A DNA stretch of 64,000 nt from an uncultured bacterium. Lineage in GTDB: Bacteria > Omnitrophota > Omnitrophia > Omnitrophales > Aquincolibacteriaceae. The position numbers and the translations under genes are program-made. The stretch is taken from NCBI GenBank assembly GCA_964385615.1, contig CAYLPP010000004.1, forward strand, positions 108,743 to 172,742, read 5' to 3'. Below are positions 41,501 through 48,448 of this stretch, piece after piece. Position 1 is the first letter of the stretch, and the number at the start of each line of letters is the position of its first letter. Below the pieces are notes generated by a model that saw only the letters and a program-made list of their open reading frames with translations, did not search any database and was not told the origin of the DNA.

Positions 41501-44500
41501 GCGGAAAAGGTTCCGGCAAGTCCACTCTGGCCCGGCAAATCGCGGGCTCTTTATCTCAAAAAGAACCCGGGCGTGAAGGGGTTGTGATTGAAGCGGATTG
41601 GTTTCACCGGGTTCCTTCAGGGCTGACGGCTCAGCTTCGGCGCCTCGCGGGGCTTTTCTTTTGGATGATACTGAGATGGGTCCGGATTTTATCCGAAGAG
41701 GCATTCAATCAGAAAATTTTCGAAGCTTACTTTGATCAGGAAGCTTTACAGAGGTTTCTTCACGATCTCGGCAGCGCGCGGACTTCATCTGAACCTGTTC
41801 CGGTTAAAATCAGGGACCATATTAAAAAAGAAGACGTTTCTGTTTTAATAGGCCGGCGCACGCCCGTGGTTTTTGAGGGCATGCTTTCTACCTTTCTGCT
41901 GAAGGGCTGGTCCGGTATCCGGGTTCATGTGATGACGCCTGGAGCCCGGGCCCGCGAGCGTTATAAGGCCAGGGAGAAACAAAAGGGGAAGGGGAATTTC
42001 CGGATTTTCATGGAGTCCCATGATTTTCTGGCTGGGTGGTTCAACCGTCACGGCCGCAAGGTGCAATTTGATTACGGCTACGTGACAACCGCCAATTTCC
42101 TTAAAGACTCCGCGTGGACGATGATTCAGCTTTCAGGCGGAAAGGGAACCCGAATGGGCCCGGGAGTTCCAAAACCTTTGCGTCAGCTCAAGGGGAAGCC
42201 TCTTTTTGAATACTCTCTGGATACAGCCAAAAGAAACGGGCTTCCTGTCATCGCGGTCGGCTCTTCAAACCAGGATTTGAGAAAAGCCCTGAAACCGCGC
42301 GTTCAGGGATATGTGGAAGAAGAGAGTTCGGTTGAGTCCGCGTTCTTTTCACCTTTGAGTAAATATGGATTCCTGAAAGGGAATTTAGTTTTTATCGGCG
42401 GGGATACGGTGATCACCGATCCCTCCATCCTGCGATCATTGATGCTCGCCCATGAAAAAAAATCACTCATTCCGGCGCTGATGACCTTTTCAACGGTTCG
42501 CGTATCCAACCCGCAAGGCCTGGACCGGGTTGTCCGCGATTCCAAAGGCCGCTACGTGACTTTTATCAAACAGGAAGAAATCGAGTGGCTTAGATCTTCA
42601 GGGCAGACGTTGAAGCTTGGCGATGGAACGGAACTCAAAACTTCTGAGCTTGACGCGATTAATGAAGTCTGGCCCGCGGTGATCGCGATGAGTGCGTTCG
42701 CGTACAGGATTCTGGGTTTTCTCCTTAAATTTAAAGATGCTTTTACGGTGCCGAAGTTCGTGAAAAAGAAAACGATTTCCGTGGATAAAATTCTCAATCG
42801 CGGAGCCCGGCGCCGGTTTCTGATGGCGCTTGGCGCGGTCCGGATTCATCAAATAGAGCAAAAAGACGCCATCCTCAATATTAATACGCCCCAACAGCTT
42901 GAGGAAGCTGAGAGAACTTTAACGGCCCGTTCCGAACTGAGAACCAGCCAGGCGGCGGAATTGGTCCGGGACCTTCAGCGCTGGAAGCTGGGGTTTCACT
43001 CGGAAGGGTTCGCGCTGGAAATTTACGCCCGCGAAATTCTTCTTTTGAAGGAACTTGGAATTTTAAATGAATCGTCTTCGGTTTTCAGTTTTTTGACCGG
43101 CGCGGATTTTCTTCCCGGGTTATTTGCGGGGAAATTTTACTCAACCGAGAAACGGTTTAACGCGGAGCAGATGGGACGTATCTGGAGTTTGACGGCCAAG
43201 AGGGATGCGTTTAAAAGTAATTTGCCGGTCAGCGACGCGGAAATGGAAGCGCTGAAGGCTAAAACGGAACATGAACAGGCGGATGTTCTTAACCCTGAAT
43301 TTATTAAGCGGTGGACGGGGAAAATGAAAGCCGGCGACACGGTTTATCTGCGTTTTGTTCCTGAGCATCTCTCGGACGGGGTTGGACGGAGGGATGTCCG
43401 AAAAATTGAAACCTGGCTGGATCAGCTGATCACCTTGGCGCCTGACGGCGTGCATTTTGTGATTTTTGATTTTAACGAGTCTTCACTTCCCGGCGGTACC
43501 GCCGGATACCTTCAGAGCCGTTATGCCGGCATTCTTACTGACGAAATAAAGTTCCGGCTGGGCAAAGAAGAATATCTCGAATGGCAGAAAATCAATGAAT
43601 GGGAAATACTCGGGCGTCATCTTAAGCGGGTTTCTCTTTCTCTGGACGGACAGCTGATGGATCTTGCTCAAGGCGGACGATTGACGGTTCTAACCAAGCC
43701 TCCGGCGAGGTCGGAGAGCAGGAATTTGCCGGACGCTCAGCCTCCCGTGGAAATTTCGTTTGAAAAAATAGACGGATTCATGCAGGAGATTCGAAGCCTG
43801 ATGGCCCGCAAACCCTGGAATCTTTACAATATTTCAGAGAAGGAAGAATACGTTGCGGACGCGGCGAAGGCTTATCTGGAAAAGATTCAGGGAATTCTTG
43901 AATCGGTTTCCGCCGAAGTCAAAACCTCGAAAGACGCTGTCCGGCTCCGTCTGCTTGAAACCGCGGCGGAGGATTTTGATTATTTCCTGAATGTTTTAAT
44001 TCTTCTCGAAAACCGCGAGCTTAAAGAAGTCAGCTGGAACCGTCTGGAAAAAGGCCAGGGGATTCATCATTACTTTAAATTTGATTACAAAAGCAGAACT
44101 TATTCCGTGGAGGTTTTTGCCCGCTGGTCACGGGGGCAGGGTCCCGAGGCCCGTTTTGAAATCAATTTCCCTCAGCAGGATAGGGAGAGTTTTCGTCTAG
44201 ATCTAAGTTCTTATCTTGGAAATTCAAGAGCCTCTTTTGATATGCCGACGTCGGTGCGGAAACTGGTGCCCGATCATACGGAGCTCTTTCATCATAATAT
44301 TCCTGATCTTTCCTATCAGGAAAATTTTCAGAACTACGTGATTGGGCTTGACCAGAAAATTTCACGTTCGGAATTGCGGGGGTCTCTGCCGCTGATTGAG
44401 ACTTCCGCTAAAAAGCCGCGCCGTGATCCGGAGCTTGTGGAGAAAATGAAGCTGAGGATTACGGTTGTGGGGGCAACGGCGGAAGACATCGCTAAAGGAC

Positions 44501-47500
44501 AACAGTCGTTGGACTCGATTTTTGAAAAAGAAAAGAACCGGAATCTTTCGGTTTACGAACAGGATCTTTTTGATTTTTACGTAAACGGGGAAGGCCGGGA
44601 CGTGCCTTTGGAATACCGCCCAGGGATGCATGGGGGAACAGGCTATTTCGGAAATGATAATGATAAAGGCCGGCCTTACGTCTGGTTCAGCGACGGCCGG
44701 ATGATCAGTAGCCGGTTCCGGGATCCCCGTTCTCCATTTGAAATATTTAAACATGAAGCTTCCCACACGATGGACGCCATCATGGAAAGAAAAGGCGATT
44801 CTAATCTGAAGGGGTATGCCGGTTTTCAGGGCCAGACCAATTCGGGAGTCGATATCTTTTATGTTCCTCAGCATCGGCTGGTTTACCAGGAATTTCGCGC
44901 CAACCTCTGGACTTACGACGGGAATCCCGGCCTGGCGCTCAAAGCTACTTTGCAATCCTATCCGGAACTGCGCACTCTCTTTAATGGAATCGCGGATGTT
45001 GAGAAAAAACCAGCTCCTGTTTTGTACACAGCCTTGAAATGGATGAGCCGTGACATGAATGACCAGCTTTATCCGGATTCAGTTTCCGATATCGGGCAAT
45101 TTGATCAGATTTACATTCACTGGTACCTCGAATTCGCTTCCGGACGGGTTAAAAAACTCAAACGCTCTGAGCTGCGTATGGAAGATATCAACACTATGAA
45201 CGCTTCAGAACTATTTCAGAAACTTCGGGACTCGAGGCTCGGCGACCTGGAAGAGCGGGCGGAGCTTCACCGGCAGTGGTCGGAAGTTCCCGCGGAAAAG
45301 CGCAGGCGGGGCGTGGGAATGATTGTTCTGAGGAAAATCGGCGGGGAATGGAAGGTTCTCTTTGGCCGGCAGAATCACGGCCGTTACAACGGTAAATATG
45401 TAGCTCCTTCCGGCGGAGTTGATAAACCTTTTGATCCGGTTTATGAAAATGCCGCTGAAACCGAAATCCTTCTTAAAAGCGGCATTGTGCAGGATTTTGA
45501 CGGCGCGCGCGGCGGAAAAGAATCCGCCCAGGCCGCGGTTCTGCGGGAACTCAAAGAAGAAACAGGGATCGAGGGGCGGATTGCGGCCCGGCTTGCGGAC
45601 CGCTTTGCCGCCGACGACGGTCTTTTTATGACCTATTTTATTCATGTGGATTCCGGCGAAGATGAAACCGTCCCGGAGCGTGATGGGGAAATCGAACCTC
45701 TGATATGGGTTCCGCTCAGCGTGATTCTGAAATCTGAATCCGGCCAGGCCGGGCAGACTGTTGAACGGGAATTTAATATCGAGTTTGTGCCGGGTCTTAA
45801 ACGGCGTGTTTTGAATATTCTGAAAGACCGGATTCAGTCGCTTCCTCGCTCCGAATTGCGCAATTCTCAGGAGCCTTACGAAAAGCGTCAGGGCCCCACG
45901 GATTTCGAATGGGTCACGCTGAATACCGCCCGTTTTTACGATCATTTGCGTCTGTTGTGGAGTTTGACGCCTAATGTCGCGAAAATCAGGCAGGAATCCA
46001 TGGCGTTCAGCGACGAAGAAAGAGAATCCTTTTTTGATTGGATTGTCCTTCCTTCACCCGCGATGCCGCCGGCGGAATCGCTTCGAAAAATTCTGCATTT
46101 AATCGTAGAGCAGCGGATTCTAGCCAGTCAAAGTAAAAACAGCGATGCTATTTTAAACGCGAATGACTGGGCCGATGTGCTGGCTTACCGCTGGAAAGTT
46201 CCGCCTCAGGTTTTGCAGGCGTTGTTTTTATGGATGGCGCGTTCTTCAATACGCCCGTCGGAAGTTTCGTCTCAGACGCTGATCGATTTTATGAATGCTT
46301 TCATCAGCAGTTACACTGAGGGAAGGCCAAAAGCTTATCAATGGACGCATTTTGGGCCCGCGATTCCCGCCGGTGAATCGGCTGAAGCTAAGCTGAATCG
46401 CGTGACTGCCAGTATTAACACGGCCAAGGCGCTGTTCGGTGAAGATTTTGTGCGGGGGAAAACGCGTTTTATTTCCCGTATCGGCGATTCGCCTTACTAC
46501 ATCGGATTCGGTTTCGGATTCGCGTCTGAGGATCCGTTCCGTCCCACGCTGATTCTAGGTGAGTGGAAAGACGGACAGAAAAATGTTTTTGAACGGGTTT
46601 TCTTTAAAATGAGTTTTGATATTGCCGATACCGGCCGTTTGCAGATTGTCACACTCAAAGGGATCAAGGGCAAAGAAACGGTTATTACCGATTTTCGTTC
46701 CGCGATGGGCGGCTCTCTGGGGCCCGGCCGCGCGCTTTTGACTGCTGCCGCAGTTTTCGCCCGCAAATATAGTTACCGCGAAGTTCTTGGATTAAAAGGG
46801 GAGCATCATACGACCGCTCCGGACGGAAAGCCTTTGAATTACAGCGCGATTTATAAAGGATTCGGTCTCCGTAAAAATTCCAAGGAGGGCCCCTGGCAGT
46901 CGACGGACGTTCTTTTTGAGCGGTTCTCCAGAATCCGGGCAGCGGGTGACGCCAACGCGCAATCGCTTACCCGTTTTCTCGAGGTTTCAGAAAAAATACT
47001 GCCGGCGATCCCTGCCCGCTCCGAACTGCGTACTGAGGAGGAGGATTTTTCCAAAAGCCTCCGGCACATTGAGCTTAAAAAATCCATGACAGACGTAGAA
47101 ATCAAGAAAGTCAGCGACGGATATCCGGGCAAAACACCGATGAGGGGGAAAACGCCGGTGACTAATAACCGTCTGTTGACGAAGATTTTGGACCGGCAAA
47201 AGGGCGAACCCCGTTTTCCTTCGTTGCTGGCCGGGAAACATGTTCTTTTAATCGGGCCGTCGCCGGAAGGCGATGATCTGGAGGCGCTGATCAGACGTTA
47301 TCCTGGGATCGGTAATATTTATCTCGTGGACGCAGACGAAAGAGTTTTTATCGGCAATGACCGCAAACTGCAGGATATGCAGGCCTCAGGAATTGCTTTA
47401 CCCAAAGTGGAAGGTTACAAAATTAACGCGCTTGAATTACCCGGGGAGTGGACGGAGCAAGTCGATGTCGCTATTCACGCGATGGTCATTGACCAGTTCT

Positions 47501-48279
47501 TTTTCAATCCGGCGCAGATCGGGCAGTTTGCCAATGAGATGGTCCGTGTGCTCAAACCCGGCGGCGCTGAGCTTTCCGTCGTCTTTGCCGACGATATTCA
47601 CGCTGGAGACGGGCGAATTCAGAAAATCAATGACTCCCTGCATCTCAAGACTGCCCGCTCTGAAATTCGTCTGGCCGCGGTGCAGCCGACGCTTAACGTG
47701 CGTCAGTCGCTTAAGAATCTGAAAACGCCCGCGTTGGTTTATCTGGATTATAAAAACCTGATGGAAAAATTCTGGGATTCCGAAAAGAACACCTGGAACG
47801 AGCAGGGGATGGAAATTATCGCCATGACCGCAATGCACCCGGACAAAATCCGTCTGGTGATTTCAGGCGCGGATCTGATGGATGACCGGCTGAAAGCTTT
47901 TCGGGACTTGCGGGATTCCGGGAAGAATGTGCGGATCACGGACTTGTCCGCGGCTGAAGCCTATGAAGCTTCGCAAAAGGATTTCATTAAGGGCTGGAAA
48001 AATCATGTGAGTATTCATCTCTCCAAGGATCTGCCCGGGCTTAAGAACTCTTTTAATAAAACCCAGCAATCTGAGATTTATTTCTTCCGTTACGCTCGCC
48101 AGGACAGGCAAGGCGGCTTGCTGGCGGCGGCTCTGCTCTGGGCGCAATACGCGGAAGACGGCAAAACAATGGACGGTGTTACCCGGGATGAAGAAGGTTT
48201 CCTGACCCTGACGGAAGGGTTTATCCGCCAGATCATTCAGAAGTACGAAGCCCGTCTGGTTGTCGCTTTCTCGGCGTAA
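32542..48279 (+). CDS. Giant secreted multi-domain protein (5245 aa) carrying a series of unrelated enzyme-like modules
   Basis: Uninterrupted 15.7-kb ORF. It opens with a signal peptide (MKSYKKPRALRLTALAVLLCFLTSQGGPEARA/FS). Motif-level modules are listed as separate features below. Confidence 0.8.
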   Translation: MKSYKKPRALRLTALAVLLCFLTSQGGPEARAFSAPEGPSIPQKFVHLEESFQGTSGKTLLFIQDAHESLEAQENIAKAIQYFVGSQGVKTVYEEGYEGEVPTDSYFAFIHDPKIRRRVSYFFLDKLRIGGAEFAHINREKDFKLIGADSIKLHLENIAQYQKASARQKEVAEDLRAVLTEFEKLGNSHYSEKIKIWLKLRGRFDSNRLPLPDYLKRTAGLLADTRAYPLISLLISPGINQDREKLKKLEAMDPRQLFSEIDRMENDLAQKELKGKEELKIFQYQKEIMLLVRLNNLEVSAPEYETAQAVLEKLQTRELAEFIARESKRTQVLSREWEEEIRHALDFYKIANARDREIERGIEGFLKNPDENTAVLVFGGFHKNAVKSFLRSRNISYQILSPIISGEDAVHRAYYRELMSEGFYDFEKIAAPSRAARPQTLMTLPQARSEIRGVYRTALDKPDLEYPLFEKEAVRAFNSPAARSELRKMFAVEDEVVRVEIAQTSGKYVLSAYNLRKQETEPRVRVELIEPLSGEEEPARLVLGDIVESHIRADEFLRRALYVLLKKSSVQMVGYLPKTGSAEEMDKIFTWLEKQPGISLLKGNSATVKYDAAEVLMPGYFIGEWNRIRSSKDYGEQVSDFLDSLLLFYSSETDKKHLHDFLLFLLRDPDFIIRRQAVELMLRYVRIPVDQIFLHLENPDSGPFRDDQVSLPNPLSSELATANKRLALLVFLSQISQAVKAQRWAVDAYYGAVLRQRFASELETSAGDPVFDIANESALMESIQNEPKAGLGHAGKMSALEVLVREYFRYLYVTEVRKQADPFKWLHDDLYAMVPQLKIPKTEALIIRMTSKFRSELRTENPWDGRVREVRLNADRSAASVVFEDGKTVELTEKFEEGAYHEFFAYHENGRRLLLKVMKPGLDGDRYDKGVKSLENEARISDILRRVKHMQNVTNVIWLGTIPGSGDALLISGPEAQSLKDWRERLTLQERGGVFRQYVEQIFQAYSGPERESVSIHDLKPANGLLKVTRNPDGSLRYTVHVIDLEAGKMTEDIPFRDIWRGTYPYLPNAELIAMLMTELGRHKTLGLVGFMELLIFFQDFVLDDDAMNGGTANVEKFLRRKDKAVFENIVKKISDYEKYRKIWYYEEHPGDPVDLNALFADLIESLRVIEGFKVRKVLFVESWWNWFAGFISMIFRKLLALLPKRTRALPFEFNDAESTRLPAAPPADDGISSEAPTPRPETAGTDTLSQFRRLMFLLEALGPQFSERDFVRKGNRTVRELSSLYLIEKAAESNDALDVSIYEQAENDVRRVYGWLKRPVDSYAEDTIRYIREKFITPRSELRTAARVEDNGVKLREILGRLIRTRTSGEVVILPGISQHPAVIDKDTLEKDKKALTDLIRLYLKQAISLGPPSSYYLPWDIFPFERNSIELETLVSLGRYLGFWKTEPDPGSKFPSAAILRTYRTRIPLIGDFNLHGDSVKEGRLAELNDLERLEILHRVFAEVKTEMETEMLPGYFDMSGPLRFDSFREIPGIDDLEDFERRGVLGKGKEAAVFSAGTGTLPALLAAFTRSGKITVYEKNSYFLAKARKAVERLHHLGVLDEGRFTWVKEDWRNQKDDWKKFDFILLPPAGQSESPASEKEIQESVSAQAVVYKFARSEVRSVRALIQQADHLERTGALIPEVSSQFVNRHMGPYRTALQLLTNRILAEDLSDDAFLELWTEYLKALKTADLPLLVQVPIHIVAVMRMHGAQMASWARVWFSKPRKDWRRIVHVLSAEAGDETLMGTLLRREILPFMDSYMNARKREWMDEKTPEDRAARWKYHWTQAGENPGVEAVEKAGSDYLEEFIQGLPVSFRQTDPGKDWPSQSQSLLEMLSPAGDGLLSLIIEAEEKSGLDASQLIVQFDERLNFLPAFVHKLFMNDLLKKYKVYLLKIWLRNLQEQAGFEYQAGDYFGQVKITIEAKANEGAGLKAYFSGAPDWKFEPDGRTLKFPELSGVEDSENRPGMFKAPGVFWQILGDFQLKFLEKDGRRILVPIAYLEEVQSSTGYRDIRNRTEHLKSARKLNRGRTLAVDAVARAAAKMGVLVMARGPETASLFIYNRRTLAQIDPGSRTEIEMHYVSPFSNTQHWKKVEAPSYAGTDYYLFEGNREVLKRHGWPEDTIQQLLRSEVRRDPRENIRMDLTENWRRFLNGEAADPEIADQVERALKSKLDHYLLITALIRLHVSQAVTEEQIFSGLERLMESVSTEGKEYLSILGIILSQRNFAEGFAGLNPESGAFYFDLIGMTQTGDVLPEVRPLNQRNEAVGALLNLDAPDKKTLMDGVRDVTGEKALTPEDLNPLTDIVRIQAGDTQDVYMISALLKDGRRVPFILMAARGRTALRAVRREFENFEPYRDDERAVHVIGWSQTGNEAGYTSRFSNTEEIIYVSMSEPALHGETPGNFTKNSDLPLRVGEIRGAESLRKITAAFASAIVYFYKADLKRSVQFIVSSAGDLNFYDSDFQPIAEQPGKYEVKPEVEKLRTRLIAFRGYNDEVDPAHLIAELFDFTYFTPDSSDLMTGPVHDDAMIQGVLDGLVQGLEDKLKDPVLARKTAMEWLQAYLNAFSDYENPVFGPPINVIPEVRGRIARLRREVKQAEKRSELRVNPKSEGLDLNGYAWLKELPVAHFKELKDFLEMLFGLDQSGKLLELEKRERILEQSAYFLRLFQDRVKYPRGFDEIPPGIFAHSAGMFFISNLSYLGIYRQLESEGVLQPGAVKNLIELGPSFWNYSSVLQKAYPNLQHALGVDNDPAKTAGFQQGAVQLLGVDPAVFQYEIADFKSLDQNQKIRQWMDQNGKSDVLFLQNPEPQSRPGVFFTVPEYRDFLARAGSLLDEKGKMIVVIDEDRLDHDGNPELLSVIRGLVYQTLTGFRIPQQAGFLGMPELRKVKILAIPQPELVRLAQRSEMRALNFTPVYAVEERIELIEEIRKQSALNSEPPFVILEGGKGSGKSTLARQIAGSLSQKEPGREGVVIEADWFHRVPSGLTAQLRRLAGLFFWMILRWVRILSEEAFNQKIFEAYFDQEALQRFLHDLGSARTSSEPVPVKIRDHIKKEDVSVLIGRRTPVVFEGMLSTFLLKGWSGIRVHVMTPGARARERYKAREKQKGKGNFRIFMESHDFLAGWFNRHGRKVQFDYGYVTTANFLKDSAWTMIQLSGGKGTRMGPGVPKPLRQLKGKPLFEYSLDTAKRNGLPVIAVGSSNQDLRKALKPRVQGYVEEESSVESAFFSPLSKYGFLKGNLVFIGGDTVITDPSILRSLMLAHEKKSLIPALMTFSTVRVSNPQGLDRVVRDSKGRYVTFIKQEEIEWLRSSGQTLKLGDGTELKTSELDAINEVWPAVIAMSAFAYRILGFLLKFKDAFTVPKFVKKKTISVDKILNRGARRRFLMALGAVRIHQIEQKDAILNINTPQQLEEAERTLTARSELRTSQAAELVRDLQRWKLGFHSEGFALEIYAREILLLKELGILNESSSVFSFLTGADFLPGLFAGKFYSTEKRFNAEQMGRIWSLTAKRDAFKSNLPVSDAEMEALKAKTEHEQADVLNPEFIKRWTGKMKAGDTVYLRFVPEHLSDGVGRRDVRKIETWLDQLITLAPDGVHFVIFDFNESSLPGGTAGYLQSRYAGILTDEIKFRLGKEEYLEWQKINEWEILGRHLKRVSLSLDGQLMDLAQGGRLTVLTKPPARSESRNLPDAQPPVEISFEKIDGFMQEIRSLMARKPWNLYNISEKEEYVADAAKAYLEKIQGILESVSAEVKTSKDAVRLRLLETAAEDFDYFLNVLILLENRELKEVSWNRLEKGQGIHHYFKFDYKSRTYSVEVFARWSRGQGPEARFEINFPQQDRESFRLDLSSYLGNSRASFDMPTSVRKLVPDHTELFHHNIPDLSYQENFQNYVIGLDQKISRSELRGSLPLIETSAKKPRRDPELVEKMKLRITVVGATAEDIAKGQQSLDSIFEKEKNRNLSVYEQDLFDFYVNGEGRDVPLEYRPGMHGGTGYFGNDNDKGRPYVWFSDGRMISSRFRDPRSPFEIFKHEASHTMDAIMERKGDSNLKGYAGFQGQTNSGVDIFYVPQHRLVYQEFRANLWTYDGNPGLALKATLQSYPELRTLFNGIADVEKKPAPVLYTALKWMSRDMNDQLYPDSVSDIGQFDQIYIHWYLEFASGRVKKLKRSELRMEDINTMNASELFQKLRDSRLGDLEERAELHRQWSEVPAEKRRRGVGMIVLRKIGGEWKVLFGRQNHGRYNGKYVAPSGGVDKPFDPVYENAAETEILLKSGIVQDFDGARGGKESAQAAVLRELKEETGIEGRIAARLADRFAADDGLFMTYFIHVDSGEDETVPERDGEIEPLIWVPLSVILKSESGQAGQTVEREFNIEFVPGLKRRVLNILKDRIQSLPRSELRNSQEPYEKRQGPTDFEWVTLNTARFYDHLRLLWSLTPNVAKIRQESMAFSDEERESFFDWIVLPSPAMPPAESLRKILHLIVEQRILASQSKNSDAILNANDWADVLAYRWKVPPQVLQALFLWMARSSIRPSEVSSQTLIDFMNAFISSYTEGRPKAYQWTHFGPAIPAGESAEAKLNRVTASINTAKALFGEDFVRGKTRFISRIGDSPYYIGFGFGFASEDPFRPTLILGEWKDGQKNVFERVFFKMSFDIADTGRLQIVTLKGIKGKETVITDFRSAMGGSLGPGRALLTAAAVFARKYSYREVLGLKGEHHTTAPDGKPLNYSAIYKGFGLRKNSKEGPWQSTDVLFERFSRIRAAGDANAQSLTRFLEVSEKILPAIPARSELRTEEEDFSKSLRHIELKKSMTDVEIKKVSDGYPGKTPMRGKTPVTNNRLLTKILDRQKGEPRFPSLLAGKHVLLIGPSPEGDDLEALIRRYPGIGNIYLVDADERVFIGNDRKLQDMQASGIALPKVEGYKINALELPGEWTEQVDVAIHAMVIDQFFFNPAQIGQFANEMVRVLKPGGAELSVVFADDIHAGDGRIQKINDSLHLKTARSEIRLAAVQPTLNVRQSLKNLKTPALVYLDYKNLMEKFWDSEKNTWNEQGMEIIAMTAMHPDKIRLVISGADLMDDRLKAFRDLRDSGKNVRITDLSAAEAYEASQKDFIKGWKNHVSIHLSKDLPGLKNSFNKTQQSEIYFFRYARQDRQGGLLAAALLWAQYAEDGKTMDGVTRDEEGFLTLTEGFIRQIIQKYEARLVVAFSA
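32700..33780 (+). other. N-terminal domain of giant ORF 1, shared with giant ORF 2; possibly TraB/GumN/Tiki-like
   Basis: LFIQDAHESLEAQ ... VFGGFHKN in ORF 1 parallels LVLHVQNIHGNYEAQ ... LVTGGFHTQ in ORF 2. A first-His motif near the N-terminus and a GGFH motif about 320 aa later resemble the TraB/Tiki GxxH pair. Confidence 0.35.
35240..35800 (+). other. Protein-kinase-like / aminoglycoside-choline-kinase-like module in giant ORF 1
   Basis: Catalytic-loop-like IHDLKPANGLL (HxDxxxxN, about 35587-35613), an upstream LLLKVMKPG (candidate VAIK lysine) and a downstream DLEAG (DFG-like). Confidence 0.45.
37190..37445 (+). other. Class I SAM-methyltransferase-like module (1) in giant ORF 1
   Basis: Motif I-like AVFSAGTGTLPALLA, an acidic post-I residue in ITVYEKN, and a motif IV-like FDFILLPPAG (compare FDLIVSNPPY of HemK-type enzymes). 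Confidence 0.35.
41500..41526 (+). other. Walker A P-loop (GGKGSGKST), kinase-type NTPase module in giant ORF 1
   Basis: VILEGGKGSGKSTLARQIA followed by VVIEADWF (hydrophobic strand plus Asp, Walker B-like). It resembles small-molecule/nucleoside kinase P-loops. Confidence 0.5.
42127..42430 (+). other. Sugar-phosphate nucleotidyltransferase (NTP_transferase) module in giant ORF 1
   Basis: LSGGKGTRMGPGVPKPL matches the (L/A)GGxGTR(L/M)xPxTxxxPKPL signature of RmlA/GlmU/LicC-type nucleotidyltransferases. FIGGDTVI lies downstream. Confidence 0.6.
44752..44766 (+). other. HExxH motif (HEASH), candidate zinc-metallopeptidase-like site in giant ORF 1
   Basis: FEIFKHEASHTMDAIM sits in a region with no other recognised fold. 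The motif alone is weak evidence. Confidence 0.25.
45300..45730 (+). other. NUDIX hydrolase module in giant ORF 1
   Basis: Canonical Nudix box GGKESAQAAVLRELKEETGIEG (Gx5Ex7REUxEExGU) at about 45511-45576, preceded by a beta-rich GVGMIVLRK segment. Confidence 0.7.
47236..47600 (+). other. Class I SAM-dependent methyltransferase module (2) in giant ORF 1
   Basis: Motif I-like KHVLLIGPSPEGDDL, then VDVAIHAMVIDQF and the classic RVLKPGG motif. Confidence 0.55.
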
Positions 48280-48332
48280 CCGTGCAGGTCCGGTCGAATA
48301 CGGTTTTGCATATGATGGTCATATGGGCGGGC

Positions 48333-48360
48333 TTGTTTATTTAAGGATTTGGGGTATATT
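48333..48360 (+). promoter_or_regulatory. Candidate sigma70 promoter for giant ORF 2 (TTGTTT, 16-nt spacer, TATATT)
   Basis: The hexamers lie in the 169-nt AT-rich spacer between the two giant ORFs. Spacing was counted by hand. Confidence 0.25.
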
Positions 48361-48448
48361 TTAATGCGGATTTATTTTTCTTTAATAAGGGACTTGTTTT
48401 TATTTTACGGGGGGATATCAGGCAATTTACATAAAAAGGCGAGCGAAA

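Noticed and set aside
48280-48448. A 169-nt AT-rich spacer between the giant ORFs, considered as a tRNA or ncRNA.
   Set aside because: No tRNA-like features were found. The content fits a weak terminator hairpin (48279-48307) plus promoter-like hexamers for ORF 2, and nothing supports an RNA gene.
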